Below are positions 1-10,590 of a stretch of DNA of 64,000 nt, in pieces. The number at the start of each line of letters is the position of its first letter. Position 1 is the first letter of the stretch. Under the pieces are notes generated by a model. That model saw only the letters and a list, made by a program, of their open reading frames with translations. It searched no databases and was not told where the DNA came from. Origin of the DNA: Thermodesulfobacteriota bacterium (GTDB lineage: Bacteria > Desulfobacterota > Desulfobacteria > Desulfobacterales > C00003060); contig JAXHVD010000002.1 of NCBI GenBank assembly GCA_034189385.1, positions 29,662 to 93,661 on the forward strand. Direction: 5' to 3'. The position numbers and the translations under genes were made by a program.

Positions 1-154
1 AGAAGTGCAGGTATCCGCGGGCATAAGTAAAACTGGCTTCCGCTTCCGCTTCCCTTTTTGAAAGCACGTCGGTTATCAAGAGTTTCTCTGCTCCATAGGA
101 CGTCATTGAGATGAGCAACATCGGAAAAACTAGCCCTGCGATTATCCTTATCAT
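1..154 (-). CDS. Partial (runs off window) secreted outer-membrane protein, paralogue of 2313..3158
   Basis: Not in ORF track. Manual translation from ATG at 154 (AGAGG upstream): MIRIIAGLVFPMLLISMTSYGAEKLLITDVLSKREAEAEASFTYARGYLHF. Signal peptide, then a match to EEKLFVTDVLEKRDMEIGVSLSY of 2313..3158. Confidence 0.7.
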   Translation of the reverse strand, partial: MIRIIAGLVFPMLLISMTSYGAEKLLITDVLSKREAEAEASFTYARGYLHF

Positions 155-795
155 GAACCTTTTCCTCTGCCATGATCATGCTGAAATGGCGAGCCCATAC
201 TCTTCTGCCTGAAAGAGGGTGACTGTTAGTAACTTCCCAGAGAGAAGTCAATAAGATTCTTAAGTTATGTAACCAATAGATGGTGACCGTTGACCATGTG
301 GGCCCGTTACGTCGTCGTTTTAGAGAGGTAGGCAAAGACGGATACCGTTGTGGGGGAATTTCGGGTCCCTGGCGTTTCCTACCAAAACACGTTTTGGCAG
401 GCCTGGGCCAGCCAGAAGCAAATGGTGTCCGCTTGGCCAGTTGCCCAAACCGGGCTTCCCTTTGATCTGTTCATTGAGGCCTTTTCGGCTGCTACATCTT
501 GGCGAATCCGCCGGAGGCGGACTGGAACAGCCCCGGTTTCTTAGAAGAGAGTTGAGAATAGGCAGAAGGACATTTGGACAACAGCCCGTTGACATGGCAC
601 TCAAGGCTGTGTATTTTGCATCGACCATGGGGAGGCCTGTATGGTGTTGCACCATCAATGATGCCCGTGCCTGACATTTGTATGAAGATCCTTACCAGGC
701 GAATGTATGTAGCTCAAAGGGACGCTACCCCTTATCCCAAAATGATGACAGGAAAAGAGCCGTTGAAAAAGGGCGGGCAGGAGAGGTGAATAACC

Positions 796-1122
796 GTGTC
801 AGACACAGACATAAGAGAACGTGTTAGGAAGGCAGTTTATGATCTTGTTTGGCAAACTGCCCACCTGTATAAAGATGCGCCTGGAGGAAAGTTGGCCTGT
901 TCACAGCGGTCCAGGCTGGCAAGATATGTAGACAGCAAGATGATGAGCTTTGACTATATGTCAGAAAAGGAGGAGGATGAATTATCATTGATGGGAGTTG
1001 TTGAAACCTTCTTGAGGGGCCTGGAAGACAATTTTCGGGCAGAAGTATATCAAGAAGAAGAGTACCTTTCGTTTTATGAAGAGAGAAAAGAGGAGTGCTT
1101 GGAGGCAGTTTCTGCTCCATGA
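796..1122 (+). CDS. Hypothetical acidic helical protein, 108 aa
   Basis: GTG start with GAGAGGTGA RBS; protein-like composition; no recognised motif. Confidence 0.55.
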   Translation: MSDTDIRERVRKAVYDLVWQTAHLYKDAPGGKLACSQRSRLARYVDSKMMSFDYMSEKEEDELSLMGVVETFLRGLEDNFRAEVYQEEEYLSFYEERKEECLEAVSAP

Positions 1123-1306
1123 ATCGCTCGAGGGCATTTCAGTTTGGGCAACGGCCCGTTAAATGATGACACTGTATCGATTTATCCTACGACATATTGG
1201 CGGAGATTATTTGGAAAAGGTGACCAACGGGACTTGTCGCCGACGTGGGTAGAGAATCTCGCGACTTCGGATAGGACTGAGAACTCTCATAGAAAGGGGT
1301 ACTGCG

Positions 1307-2185
1307 GTGGAGAGAGGGATAGGGAAAAGGACTGGGTTCTTGACCAGTTGGATGTTGACGTGCCTTTGCCTGTTGTTTCTATGGGGAATTGCCTCTGCGG
1401 GAGACAGTGGGCATATGGTTCCTAGGCATGCATTTGCCCTTGGCGTGGGCGTGTCCCATTTTGACAATGAGGAGAATGCTGAGGGTGCTGAACGTGGAGG
1501 GCCGGAATGGGATGGCTGGATGTACGGAGTGGCTGGTCATTACACCTATCATCATGACATAATGATCAGCGCCAGTGTCCATCTCAGTGCAGGTGATCTT
1601 GACTACACTGGTGGGACTACAAGGTTGTTTCCTGGGGGAGAGACTGAACGGGAACCTGCGAAAAAAGACGCAGACTCAAACACAGTGGAATGCCGTGGTC
1701 TGCTCGGATATGATTTTCCCTTTAGAGGAAAACACCTGATAACCCCCTTTCTTGGCATGGGCTATCGTTATTGGAAAGAGGACCGTGGAGGGATTGGTGG
1801 CTACGAAAGGGAGGTGGCGTACTGGTACTCCCCTATTGGCATAAGAACCTATAGCCCCCTTTGTGACGGGTGGGTGTGGGGGGTGAACCTGGAATATGAC
1901 CTTTTCCTAGACGGCAAAGTAGACTCTGACATTTCTGGGATGCCAGCATTTCATTACGATTCTGGATATGGTGCCAGGTGTTCCCTCTCTTTTACGAGGC
2001 AATTGACGAAGAAGATGGCCCTTTGTATTGAACCGTACATCACCTATTGGGATATGGATGAGTCAGATCCGGAGCTCTTTGTACTGCCCGGAGGGTCTGA
2101 TGCAGAACAGCACACCGTCTTTCCTTTTATTGAGCCGGAGAACAATACGACAACCTACGGCCTTTGGATCAGCGTGGCATTTTAA
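1307..2185 (+). CDS. Outer-membrane beta-barrel protein (autotransporter-barrel-like)
   Basis: Signal peptide (LLFLWGIASA), alternating aromatic beta-strands, C-terminal barrel signal YGLWISVAF. Confidence 0.8.
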   Translation: MERGIGKRTGFLTSWMLTCLCLLFLWGIASAGDSGHMVPRHAFALGVGVSHFDNEENAEGAERGGPEWDGWMYGVAGHYTYHHDIMISASVHLSAGDLDYTGGTTRLFPGGETEREPAKKDADSNTVECRGLLGYDFPFRGKHLITPFLGMGYRYWKEDRGGIGGYEREVAYWYSPIGIRTYSPLCDGWVWGVNLEYDLFLDGKVDSDISGMPAFHYDSGYGARCSLSFTRQLTKKMALCIEPYITYWDMDESDPELFVLPGGSDAEQHTVFPFIEPENNTTTYGLWISVAF

Positions 2186-2312
2186 GGAAAAAGACTTCAG
2201 GCGCAGCCTTGCTCATCAAATCCGCCTATGGCGGACTGAATTGGAAACGGACGCCAGTTCCCATTTTTTCTAGGGCGTTGGTGGGACACCCGCTGTGATG
2301 GAAAGAGGGAGG

Positions 2313-3158
2313 ATGAGACAGATTATCGCGGCCATGGTCATTATCTTCATGATGATGCCACAGATTTCTTGTGCGGAAGAGAAGCTTTTTGTGACGGATG
2401 TCCTTGAAAAAAGAGACATGGAGATAGGCGTCAGTCTTTCTTATTCTCATTTTTCCGATGAGATTTCTTCTTCAAGTGACGAGTTGAACGCCGATAGAAC
2501 CATCGACAGGATAGGCACTGGATACGCTTTCAACGTGGGTCTTGGCCATGGAGTCGAGATGGGAGCCAGAACCTCTTATCTCTTCTCCGAAAGACTCAAG
2601 ATTCAGTACCCCAGTGTTCCAATGACGACTGAACGAGCCAGTGCCGAGGGCTTTGGGGACATCGCTCTAACGGGAAAGGTGCTGATATTTGATGAAAGGG
2701 ACAAGCCTTTCACCCTTATAGCCGGCCTTGATGTGAAGTTGGACTCTGCACCGGAAGATGAGGATGGAACGGGCACTACTGACATTCATTCTTCCGTGGC
2801 AGCGAGCACTACCCTTTCAAAAGGCCTCCGGCCTTTTGCACGCTATAGCTTTGTGGCGAGGAACCATGGTGCCAGGGATAGCCACGAGTTTTTGTTCGGT
2901 GCTGAAAAGGAACTAAACAAAAACGTGGGATTGCAGGCCAGCCTAGAGGCCCGATTCCACACATCGTCAGATGCCTTGAGTCACTACGAGAGCTACCATC
3001 TTCAGGTTCAAAGCTACATCCGAATCTGTCATGATTTCTATGCCGTGCCCAAGGTCGCTTATGCCATTCGCTCTTCTGCCGACATTAGAAAAAGCGATCG
3101 TCGTTTTGACTCGGCCACAAGTACAGGCCTAACGTTTGGGTTCTATTATCTCTTCTGA
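2313..3158 (+). CDS. Outer-membrane beta-barrel transporter-like protein
   Basis: Signal peptide, GFGDIALTGK strand motif, C-terminal FGFYYLF. Start uncertain (2295/2298/2313); 2313 chosen by alignment to the paralogue at 154. Confidence 0.8.
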   Translation: MRQIIAAMVIIFMMMPQISCAEEKLFVTDVLEKRDMEIGVSLSYSHFSDEISSSSDELNADRTIDRIGTGYAFNVGLGHGVEMGARTSYLFSERLKIQYPSVPMTTERASAEGFGDIALTGKVLIFDERDKPFTLIAGLDVKLDSAPEDEDGTGTTDIHSSVAASTTLSKGLRPFARYSFVARNHGARDSHEFLFGAEKELNKNVGLQASLEARFHTSSDALSHYESYHLQVQSYIRICHDFYAVPKVAYAIRSSADIRKSDRRFDSATSTGLTFGFYYLF

Positions 3159-3502
3159 TTCTTTTGTGTGGCTCATGATGGGATGAACATGAAACTCTTT
3201 TCACAACTACCAAAAACTTGGATCATCTCCAGAAGAGTTGGCAGGATCATCTTCCGCAGGCGGAGAGGGGTCAAGGGATTAGGGGATGGAGTGGTCGGGA
3301 GAAGACCAAAGGGTTCATCTCAGCAAAATAATCAGAGTGTCGGCCAAGCCTTTACATTGGAGGATGAAAAAGGCTATGAAAGGGAAAATGCAGCAACGGC
3401 CATCACAAGGGAGCCGAAGGGGTGCCGATGCATATCTAGCTGATAATTGGTAAGATGATAGGTTGAGAAAAAGGACTTTTTGGACAGGAAGGAGTTTGGC
3501 TC

Positions 3503-4465
3503 ATGATCGAAGAGATCACTGCCCAGGAGATTAACTGCGAGCAGTTTATCAAGGAAAAGATCAAAGAGATTCAGGGCGTAGTTGGGGACGGCAGGGCCAT
3601 CAATGCACTGTCGGGAGGAGTGGATTCGTCGACAGTCACGATGCTCGGGCATCGCGCCCTGGGAGAGCGCCTGAAGGTTGTTTTCATTGAAAACGGTCTC
3701 ATGCGCCAGGGAGAGGCCGAAGAGGTGGTGGGCCTTTTCCAGAAGCTGGGCGTCACGGTCCAAGTGGTGGATGCACACAAAGAGTTCTTCTCTTCCCTCA
3801 AGGGGATCACGGACCCGGAGGTCAAGCGGGAGGCTATTACTCAGACGTTTTACCGCAACGTGTTTGGACGCATGGTGCAGGAGAGCGGGGCGAAGTACCT
3901 TCTCCAGGGGACCATCCTGACCGATGTGGACGAAACAGTTGCAGGGATAAAGCGCCAGCACAACGTCTTCGAGCAACTGGGTATCAATCCCCAAGAGTCT
4001 TTCGGCTACCGCATCATAGAGCCCCTCATACAGCTTCGCAAGGACGGTGTGCGAAAGATTGGCAAGGCTCTCGGGCTTCCATCAGAGCTCTTCGATCGTA
4101 TGCCTTTCCCCGGGCCGGCGCTTTCGGCACGGGTGATAGGCGAGGTAACCCCGGAGCGCATAGACACTGTCCGCAAGGCAACTGCGGAAGTAGAGCGGTT
4201 GCTGAAGGACACCGGGGCATTTCAGTATATGGCGATCCTTCATGAAGACCGTGTGACGGGTATGCGCGACGGGAATCGCGATTTCGGCCAGCAGATTGAG
4301 GTGCGTTGCTGGGAAAGCATCGATGCCCGCACTGCAAGACCCACGAATCTCTCATTTGAAATCCTCGAGAGGCTTGCCAGCGAGATCATTCGACACGTGC
4401 CCGGCATCGTCAGCGTCACCTACAACATTACGTCCAAGCCCCCCTCTACCATGGAAGCCATCTGA
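3503..4465 (+). CDS. GMP synthase ATP-pyrophosphatase subunit-like protein (GuaAB-like, no GATase domain)
   Basis: PP-loop ALSGGVDSS, DPEVKR, LLQGTI, PFPGPALSAR, C-terminal KPPSTME; 320 aa with no N-terminal class I GATase. Confidence 0.85.
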   Translation: MIEEITAQEINCEQFIKEKIKEIQGVVGDGRAINALSGGVDSSTVTMLGHRALGERLKVVFIENGLMRQGEAEEVVGLFQKLGVTVQVVDAHKEFFSSLKGITDPEVKREAITQTFYRNVFGRMVQESGAKYLLQGTILTDVDETVAGIKRQHNVFEQLGINPQESFGYRIIEPLIQLRKDGVRKIGKALGLPSELFDRMPFPGPALSARVIGEVTPERIDTVRKATAEVERLLKDTGAFQYMAILHEDRVTGMRDGNRDFGQQIEVRCWESIDARTARPTNLSFEILERLASEIIRHVPGIVSVTYNITSKPPSTMEAI

Positions 4466-4736
4466 TGACGATCGCCAATCTAAACCCAGATATGGCTGAC
4501 GTGGGGACAAAGAGAATGCAGATTCAGCTCTGTTGATACGATCGAGTCAGAAAGAGCAGCATGAGCAATGTTTAGTTCGTAAGACTACCGGGGAAATGGC
4601 GGGTGATCCGCATGGCTTGGAACGATCTAACGGAGGAGCAAGAGACCCCCAAGAAGTATTCGTGGCCGGGAGCAGGGCGGCGGTCTGCCAGGGTGCTCAA
4701 GGGATGGGCCGGCCTTTGAAGGACAGGAAGGAAGAG

Positions 4737-5528
4737 ATGATGAGATGTCATGAAGTGGACTATAAGATCATCGGTGATGATATGCAGGTTGTTGAGGTAG
4801 AACTTGATCCCGGCGAGACAGTGATTGCCGAAGCAGGAGCCATGAACTATATGGATGACGGGGTCACGTTTGAAGCCAAGATGGGTGACGGGTCCAGACC
4901 GGATGAAGGGGTCTTTGGCAAGCTTCTCAATGTGGGAAAGCGGGTGCTTACGGGAGAATCGATCTTCCTGACCCATTTTACAAACAGGGGGAACGGCAAG
5001 AAGTCTGTGGCTTTCGCCGCCCCCTATCCAGGAAAGATTATCCCCATTGACATGTCCAAGGTGCAGGGGGAGCTCATGTGTCAGAAAGACGCTTTTCTTT
5101 GTGCCGCCTTTGGAACGGAGGTGAGCATCGCCTTTACAAAGCGTTTGGGAACCGGTTTTTTTGGCGGGGAGGGATTCATCCTCCAGCGTCTTCGCGGCGA
5201 TGGCATGGCCTTTGTCCATGTAGGTGGTACGGTGTCAACGAAGAAACTGAACCATGAGATCATCCGCGTTGACACGGGGTGCCTTGCGGCGTTCACATCA
5301 GGGATTGATTACGATATTGAAAGGGCAGGCAGTCTCAAGTCCATGTTTTTCGGTGGAGAGGGACTATTCCTTGCCACCTTAAGTGGGACAGGGACAGTCT
5401 TGCTGCAAAGCCTCCCCTTTTCCAGGATGGCTGACCGCATTTTACAGCATTCTCCGTCTGCCGGCGGGAGCCGCAAAGGGGAAGGGTCTATTTTGGGCAG
5501 CCTGGGAGACCTCGTCGACGGCAGTTGA
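4737..5528 (+). CDS. TIGR00266 / AIM24 family protein
   Basis: [39 protein letters not shown] twice, QSLPFSR; start moved to ATG 4737 after the GGAAGGAAGAG RBS. Confidence 0.9.
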   Translation: MMRCHEVDYKIIGDDMQVVEVELDPGETVIAEAGAMNYMDDGVTFEAKMGDGSRPDEGVFGKLLNVGKRVLTGESIFLTHFTNRGNGKKSVAFAAPYPGKIIPIDMSKVQGELMCQKDAFLCAAFGTEVSIAFTKRLGTGFFGGEGFILQRLRGDGMAFVHVGGTVSTKKLNHEIIRVDTGCLAAFTSGIDYDIERAGSLKSMFFGGEGLFLATLSGTGTVLLQSLPFSRMADRILQHSPSAGGSRKGEGSILGSLGDLVDGS

Positions 5529-5732
5529 GATGGCAGGAGTTGCCTCAACGGTTGTCTTCACCGATACTTGACAGCAAGGGCATGTTTTGGTGCTGGTCCC
5601 AAAACTTGAGGCCATAGAGTATCGAACCTGGAGCAAACGACCCAAAAATGATGAAAGCCATCTCTAAGAATAGTCTGTCAACCCGATTTCTGTTGTGCTG
5701 AAAACTCTCTTTTTTCGCTCTCTACATAGAAC

Positions 5733-5946
5733 TTGAACCGATTAAGCGAGCGCATTCTCCACAGGAGAGCTACCGCAGCCCCCGTAGGTTCCGCCTGACG
5801 GCAGTGGTTCTGCCCGTTGGCAGTGCTAGCGCGGCGCGGGCTGCGGGGTTAGCGAGCGTATATAAAATGAGACATATTCCTTACGGTCGCTGCGAAGCAC
5901 TGCCGCTAGGTAGAACATTCTCTGCAGCTTGCTGCAGGGTCTTCAA
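5733..5946. mobile_element. Palindromic non-autonomous element (MITE/REP-like)
   Basis: TTGAA...TTCAA termini; hairpins CCGCAGCCC/GGGCTGCGG (5773-5846) and CTGCAGC-TT-GCTGCAG (5922-5937); direct repeat AGCGAGCG (5745, 5851); intergenic. Confidence 0.6.
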
Positions 5947-6063
5947 ACAGAGACAGTGTTTTTTCAGCAGTACCTCATCCTGAGAGCGGTCCTCATAGGG
6001 GACCTTTTTCAACTGCGGCTTGTAGCCTTTAAAGACAACACCTGACAGTTTTCGAGAGGACCC

Positions 6064-7218
6064 ATGACTCGCCGTGTCCGAATCCGTTGGATCGTTGTGT
6101 TTTTCTTTGTGACTGCTTTGGGGATTGCCATATGGCACTCCACGCGACCTGAGCCAGTGGAGGTGATAGTCAAGGCCGTGGAGGAGGGCACCGTGGAAAG
6201 GACGGTGTCAAACACCCGCGCGGGAACGGTGAAGGCTTGCAGGCGGGCCAAGCTCTCGCCAAGCGTGGGCGGTCAAATCGCAAAGCTTCCCATTCATGAA
6301 GGAGACCGCGTCAAGGCGGGGCACCTCCTCTTGGAGCTATGGAATGAAGACATTGCTGCCCAGTTGAAACTGGCTAAAAAGGAGGCTGAGACTTCCAAGG
6401 CTCGGGCTCGCGCCACCTGTCTAAAGGCAGACAATGCGCAACGGGAAGCCCGTCGACTTGTCAGACTTAGACGAGAGGATTCTATTTCAGAGGAACGGGA
6501 AGATCGGGCCGTCACAGATGCCAAGGCCCTTGCTGCGGAATGTGAGTCGGCAAAGGCCTCTACCCTCATGAGTGAAGCCCGGGTCGATGTGGCCAGAGCC
6601 GAACTGGAGAGGACTCGCTTGGTAGCGCCTTTTGCAGGCGTTGTGGCCGAGATCAACGGTGAGCTCAATGAATATGTCACGCCCTCCCCTCCCGGTATTG
6701 CTACCCCACCGGCAGTAGACCTTGTTGACGACTCCTGCTTCTACGTGGAGGCTCCCATCGATGAGGTGGATGCCCCTGACATTGATCCCGGGTCAGACGC
6801 TCGGATTAGTCTGGACGCCTTTGGTGACCAACATTTTGCTGGGAAGGTGCGGAGGATCGCGCCCTACGTCCTAGACCGTGAAAAGCAGGCGCGCACAGTG
6901 GATGTGGAGGTGGAGTTCACCCGGCCAGAAGACGTGAACCGGTTGCTGGCAGGTTACAGCGCAGACGTCGAGATCATACTGGAGGTGCATCAGGAGACCC
7001 TGAGAGTCCCCACAGAGGCAGTGCTGGATGGAAAACAGGTCTATGTCTATCTGCCAGAAACAAACGTGATCGAGGAACGGGCCCTTGAGCCGGGTATTTC
7101 TAACTGGGACTTCACAGAGGTTGCCTCAGGGTTGTCCGCCGGGGAATTGGTTGTAGTCAATGTGGATCGGGCTGGCGTGAGAAATGGGGCTCACGCCGTT
7201 CTGGCCAGCGAGGATTGA
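6064..7218 (+). CDS. Efflux periplasmic adaptor (MacA/HlyD-like MFP)
   Basis: N-terminal TM, lipoyl halves (GQIAKLPIHEGDRVKAG; APFAGVVAEIN), coiled coil; first gene of an ABC operon. Confidence 0.9.
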   Translation: MTRRVRIRWIVVFFFVTALGIAIWHSTRPEPVEVIVKAVEEGTVERTVSNTRAGTVKACRRAKLSPSVGGQIAKLPIHEGDRVKAGHLLLELWNEDIAAQLKLAKKEAETSKARARATCLKADNAQREARRLVRLRREDSISEEREDRAVTDAKALAAECESAKASTLMSEARVDVARAELERTRLVAPFAGVVAEINGELNEYVTPSPPGIATPPAVDLVDDSCFYVEAPIDEVDAPDIDPGSDARISLDAFGDQHFAGKVRRIAPYVLDREKQARTVDVEVEFTRPEDVNRLLAGYSADVEIILEVHQETLRVPTEAVLDGKQVYVYLPETNVIEERALEPGISNWDFTEVASGLSAGELVVVNVDRAGVRNGAHAVLASED

Positions 7219-7904
7219 TGATTCACTTGGCCGGGATCGAGAGAGTGTTTCAGGTGGGAGACGAGGCTGTTCACGCCTTGAGCCATGTAAATCTGTCCGT
7301 GGCTGCCGGCGAACACATTGCCATTATGGGGCCCTCCGGCTCCGGGAAATCAACACTCCTGAATATTATTGGTCTCCTCGATAGGCCAGACAACGGGATC
7401 TATCAGTTAGAGGATGTGGATACGACAGAACTCACCGATGAGCAGCAGGCAGAAGTCCGGAGTCATAAGATCGGTTTCATTTTTCAGTTCTTCCACCTTG
7501 TTCCCCGCCTTACTGCCACGGAGAATGTCGAACTGCCACTCATTCTGGCCGGCATCGATCCTGAAGAGAGAAAGGTGCGTGTTGAGAGGGCCCTGAAGGC
7601 ACTGGGGCTAAACGAGAGGGCCAGGCATCGTCCGGATCAACTGTCTGGAGGCCAGCGGCAGCGCGTGGCCATCGCCCGGGCCACTGTGATGGAACCCCGC
7701 ATCATTCTTGCCGACGAGCCCACCGGGAACTTGGATCGTGCCTCTGGTCAGGAAGTGGTCCAGATCCTGGAGGACCTTAACAAGGAAGGGATGGCGATCA
7801 TGATGGTGACCCATGATCCTGATCTGGGCAGGCGCGCCGCTCGTAGAATACAGATGGTGGATGGGCGGATCTCCGAGGATACGGGAGTTGCCATAAATTC
7901 ATGA
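7215..7904 (+). CDS. ABC transporter ATP-binding protein (MacB/LolD-like)
   Basis: [31 protein letters not shown]. Confidence 0.95.
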   Translation: MMIHLAGIERVFQVGDEAVHALSHVNLSVAAGEHIAIMGPSGSGKSTLLNIIGLLDRPDNGIYQLEDVDTTELTDEQQAEVRSHKIGFIFQFFHLVPRLTATENVELPLILAGIDPEERKVRVERALKALGLNERARHRPDQLSGGQRQRVAIARATVMEPRIILADEPTGNLDRASGQEVVQILEDLNKEGMAIMMVTHDPDLGRRAARRIQMVDGRISEDTGVAINS

Positions 7905-9106
7905 AGAGTGAAGACGTCTTTCGCTTCAGCATCAAGGCTGTCTCCGGTTATCCGGCTCGGACTTTCTTGATGATCCTAGCCATGGGCATAGGGGTTGCCT
8001 CAGTGGTCCTTCTCACTGCTTTGGGAGAAGGGGCTCGACAATATGTGATCAATGAATTCGCCTCTCTGGGTACCAATCTCCTCATCGTCCTGCCCGGCCG
8101 TTCGGAAACCACTGGCGGCCCCCCGCCGCTGCTGGGACAAACGCCCAGGGACTTGACGCTGGAAGATGCCCTGGCCTTGAAACGGAGTGCCAATATCGGC
8201 AATGTGGCCCCCATAACGGTGGGTTCTGCTCCTGTGTCCTGGCGGCAGAGGGACCGGGAGGTCACCGTCCTTGGCTCCACAGCAGAGTTGTTTGAGATAC
8301 GTCGTCTGTCCATGGCCTTAGGCAGATTTATTTCTACCGGTGATCCAAGCCAGGGCTCTGCTGAGGCCGTCATGGGATACAAGCTTAAACGAGAGCTTTT
8401 TGGGAATCAGTCGGCTTTGGGGGAGTGGATCCGCATCGGGGATCGGCGGTTCAGAGTCATTGGCGTACTGGCCCAAAAAGGGCAGTCGTTGGGACTAGAC
8501 ATGGGAGATGTGGTCATTATCCCGGTAGTCTCTGCCCAGACGCTTTTTAACACGTCTGCCCTTTTTCGAGTTCTCGCAGAGGCCAAGGGCCGCGACGCCA
8601 TTGCCAGGGCGAAAAGGGCCATTCAGGACATTATCCGCGCCCGTCATGAGGGGGAAGACGACATTACGGTGATCACGCAGGATGCCGTGCTCTTGACCTT
8701 TGATCGTGTGTTCACGGCCCTGACCCTGGGTGTGGGCGGTATTGCCGCTATCAGCCTGGGGGTGGCCGGGATTCTGATCATGAATGTCATGCTGATTGCC
8801 GTTTCTCAGCGCACCACGGAGATTGGTCTCTTGAAAGCCGTTGGCGGTCAGGAGAGCCAGATCCTCAGCTTGTTTCTAGCCGAAGCAGGTATCCTTGCCC
8901 TCGTGGGGGCAGCCTTTGGTCTCGTTCTGGCCTTCATCGGCGTGTGGGCTATGGCCAGGCTCTTTCCGAGCTTTCCGGTGCCGCTCCCACTTTGGGCCCT
9001 TGGGGCCGCCACCGGCGTTTCCTTGTTTACCGGTCTCATCTTTGGTGTGCTCCCGGCAAGACGTGCAGCAAAGCTCGATCCAGTGCAGGCCTTGTCTAGG
9101 AGATAG
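7901..9106 (+). CDS. ABC permease, MacB/FtsX family
   Basis: GIGVASVV TM1, periplasmic domain, VSQRTTEIGLLKAVG, PARRAAKLDPVQAL. Confidence 0.92.
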   Translation: MKSEDVFRFSIKAVSGYPARTFLMILAMGIGVASVVLLTALGEGARQYVINEFASLGTNLLIVLPGRSETTGGPPPLLGQTPRDLTLEDALALKRSANIGNVAPITVGSAPVSWRQRDREVTVLGSTAELFEIRRLSMALGRFISTGDPSQGSAEAVMGYKLKRELFGNQSALGEWIRIGDRRFRVIGVLAQKGQSLGLDMGDVVIIPVVSAQTLFNTSALFRVLAEAKGRDAIARAKRAIQDIIRARHEGEDDITVITQDAVLLTFDRVFTALTLGVGGIAAISLGVAGILIMNVMLIAVSQRTTEIGLLKAVGGQESQILSLFLAEAGILALVGAAFGLVLAFIGVWAMARLFPSFPVPLPLWALGAATGVSLFTGLIFGVLPARRAAKLDPVQALSRR

Positions 9107-9117
9107 GGTATTTCCCC

Positions 9118-10317
9118 ATGCGCTTTCACGATGCCATGAAGCTGGCCTTGAGTGCTGTTTTTTTCCACAGGATGCGAAGTTTTTTGACGGCCTTGGGCAT
9201 CGCGGTGGGTGTCGCCGCTGTGGTGCTTCTGACATCCATTGGAGAGGGAGTACACAGGTTTGTGTTGTCCGAGTTCACCCAGTTTGGCACGAACCTCATT
9301 GCAGTGACTCCCGGTAAGGCGACTACGACCGGTATGTCTGGAGCGCTCATCAGCAACGTGCGTCCCCTGAGTCTGGACGACGCCCTGGCTTTGAAACACC
9401 TTCCAAAGGTGTTGGGGGTCGTTCCCTTTGTGCAGGGAAACGCCCCTGTGGAATATGGCCAGCGAAGTCGAAGGGCCTATGTTTTCGGTGTAGGCTTCCA
9501 GGTCCCGGCTGTCTGGCAGATGAACGTTTCGGTGGGCCGCTTTCTGCCCGAAGACGATCCCCGGGCTGCAAGGGCCTTTGCCGTTGTGGGCAGCAAGGTG
9601 CGGGACGAGATCTTCGGGGGAGACAATGCTCTTGGCAAACGCATACGCATTGGGGGAGAGCGGTACCGGGTTATCGGCGTCATGGAGTCCAAGGGGCAGA
9701 TGTTGGGCTTTGACCTGGACGATGCCGTCTATATTCCTACGGCCAGGGCTCTGGCCATGTTCAACCGGGAGAGCCTCATGGAAATAGACATTCTCTACGC
9801 CACTGAGGCTACGGCGGCGGAGATCGTAAAGAGAATAAAGGAATGCCTGATCAACCGACATGGCACCGAAGATTTCACTATCACTACGCAGGAGCAGATG
9901 TTGGATGTTTTGGGATCGGTACTCAGTATTCTGACCCTGGCCGTGGGCGCTTTGGGCGGCATCTCCCTGGTGGTGGGCGGCGTAGGCATCTTGACGATTA
10001 TGACCATCGCCATTAATGAGCGCACTGCAGAAATCGGCCTCCTGCGTGCCATCGGTGCTGACCGAAGACAGATCCTTACCCTGTTCATTGGGGAGGCCGT
10101 GGTTTTGGCAAGCATAGGTGGCCTTGCCGGGCTTCTCCTGGGTACGGCCGGGGCCTGGCTACTCGGTGCGGCCATCCCTGCTCTTCCTACCCATACGCCG
10201 TGGTTCTTCGTGATCCTGGCCGAGATCTTGGCTGCCCTCATAGGCCTTTCCGCTGGCGTCTTTCCCGCTTTCAGGGCAGCCAACCTTGACCCCATCGAGG
10301 CCCTGAGGGCAGAGTAG
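9118..10317 (+). CDS. ABC permease, MacB/FtsX family (second, paralogous)
   Basis: RSFLTALGIAVGV, INERTAEIGLLRAIG, PAFRAANLDPIEALRAE. Confidence 0.92.
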   Translation: MRFHDAMKLALSAVFFHRMRSFLTALGIAVGVAAVVLLTSIGEGVHRFVLSEFTQFGTNLIAVTPGKATTTGMSGALISNVRPLSLDDALALKHLPKVLGVVPFVQGNAPVEYGQRSRRAYVFGVGFQVPAVWQMNVSVGRFLPEDDPRAARAFAVVGSKVRDEIFGGDNALGKRIRIGGERYRVIGVMESKGQMLGFDLDDAVYIPTARALAMFNRESLMEIDILYATEATAAEIVKRIKECLINRHGTEDFTITTQEQMLDVLGSVLSILTLAVGALGGISLVVGGVGILTIMTIAINERTAEIGLLRAIGADRRQILTLFIGEAVVLASIGGLAGLLLGTAGAWLLGAAIPALPTHTPWFFVILAEILAALIGLSAGVFPAFRAANLDPIEALRAE

Positions 10318-10373
10318 CTACAGGGAGATAGATATTGGTCCAAGAGGAAGGGGATCTATGACAACACCTGCAA

Positions 10374-10498
10374 TGTCAAAGATTTGACACTTCTCCCTAT
10401 CCCGAATCGAGTTTCCTCACACCGTTGAAGCTAGCCTTTTTTAATCATACATAATTACAGCTGGTTGGTCCTTCATGCCTATTGGCATGCTTTCTGCT
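10374..10498 (+). promoter_or_regulatory. Sigma54 promoter with upstream palindromic activator site
   Basis: TGGCAT-N5-CTGCT at 10483-10498; perfect palindrome TGTCAAA-GA-TTTGACA at 10374-10389; AT-rich stretch between. Confidence 0.55.
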
Positions 10499-10590
10499 TT
10501 GCTTAGTCATCATGTGGTCTTGACAGGGCAAGGAGCTCTGGAGATGGCGACGGCAACCATAGGGAGAGCGTATAAGGGAGATTTGGACAA

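Noticed and set aside
280-789. Several overlapping short ORFs
   Set aside because: No convincing RBS or protein-like composition; more likely the regulatory region between divergent genes.
8848-9861. Long antisense ORFs (also 4572..5219, 22101..22883, 24693..25400, 37844..38614, 42927..43712)
   Set aside because: They lie opposite well-supported genes and have no motifs; these are typical shadow frames.
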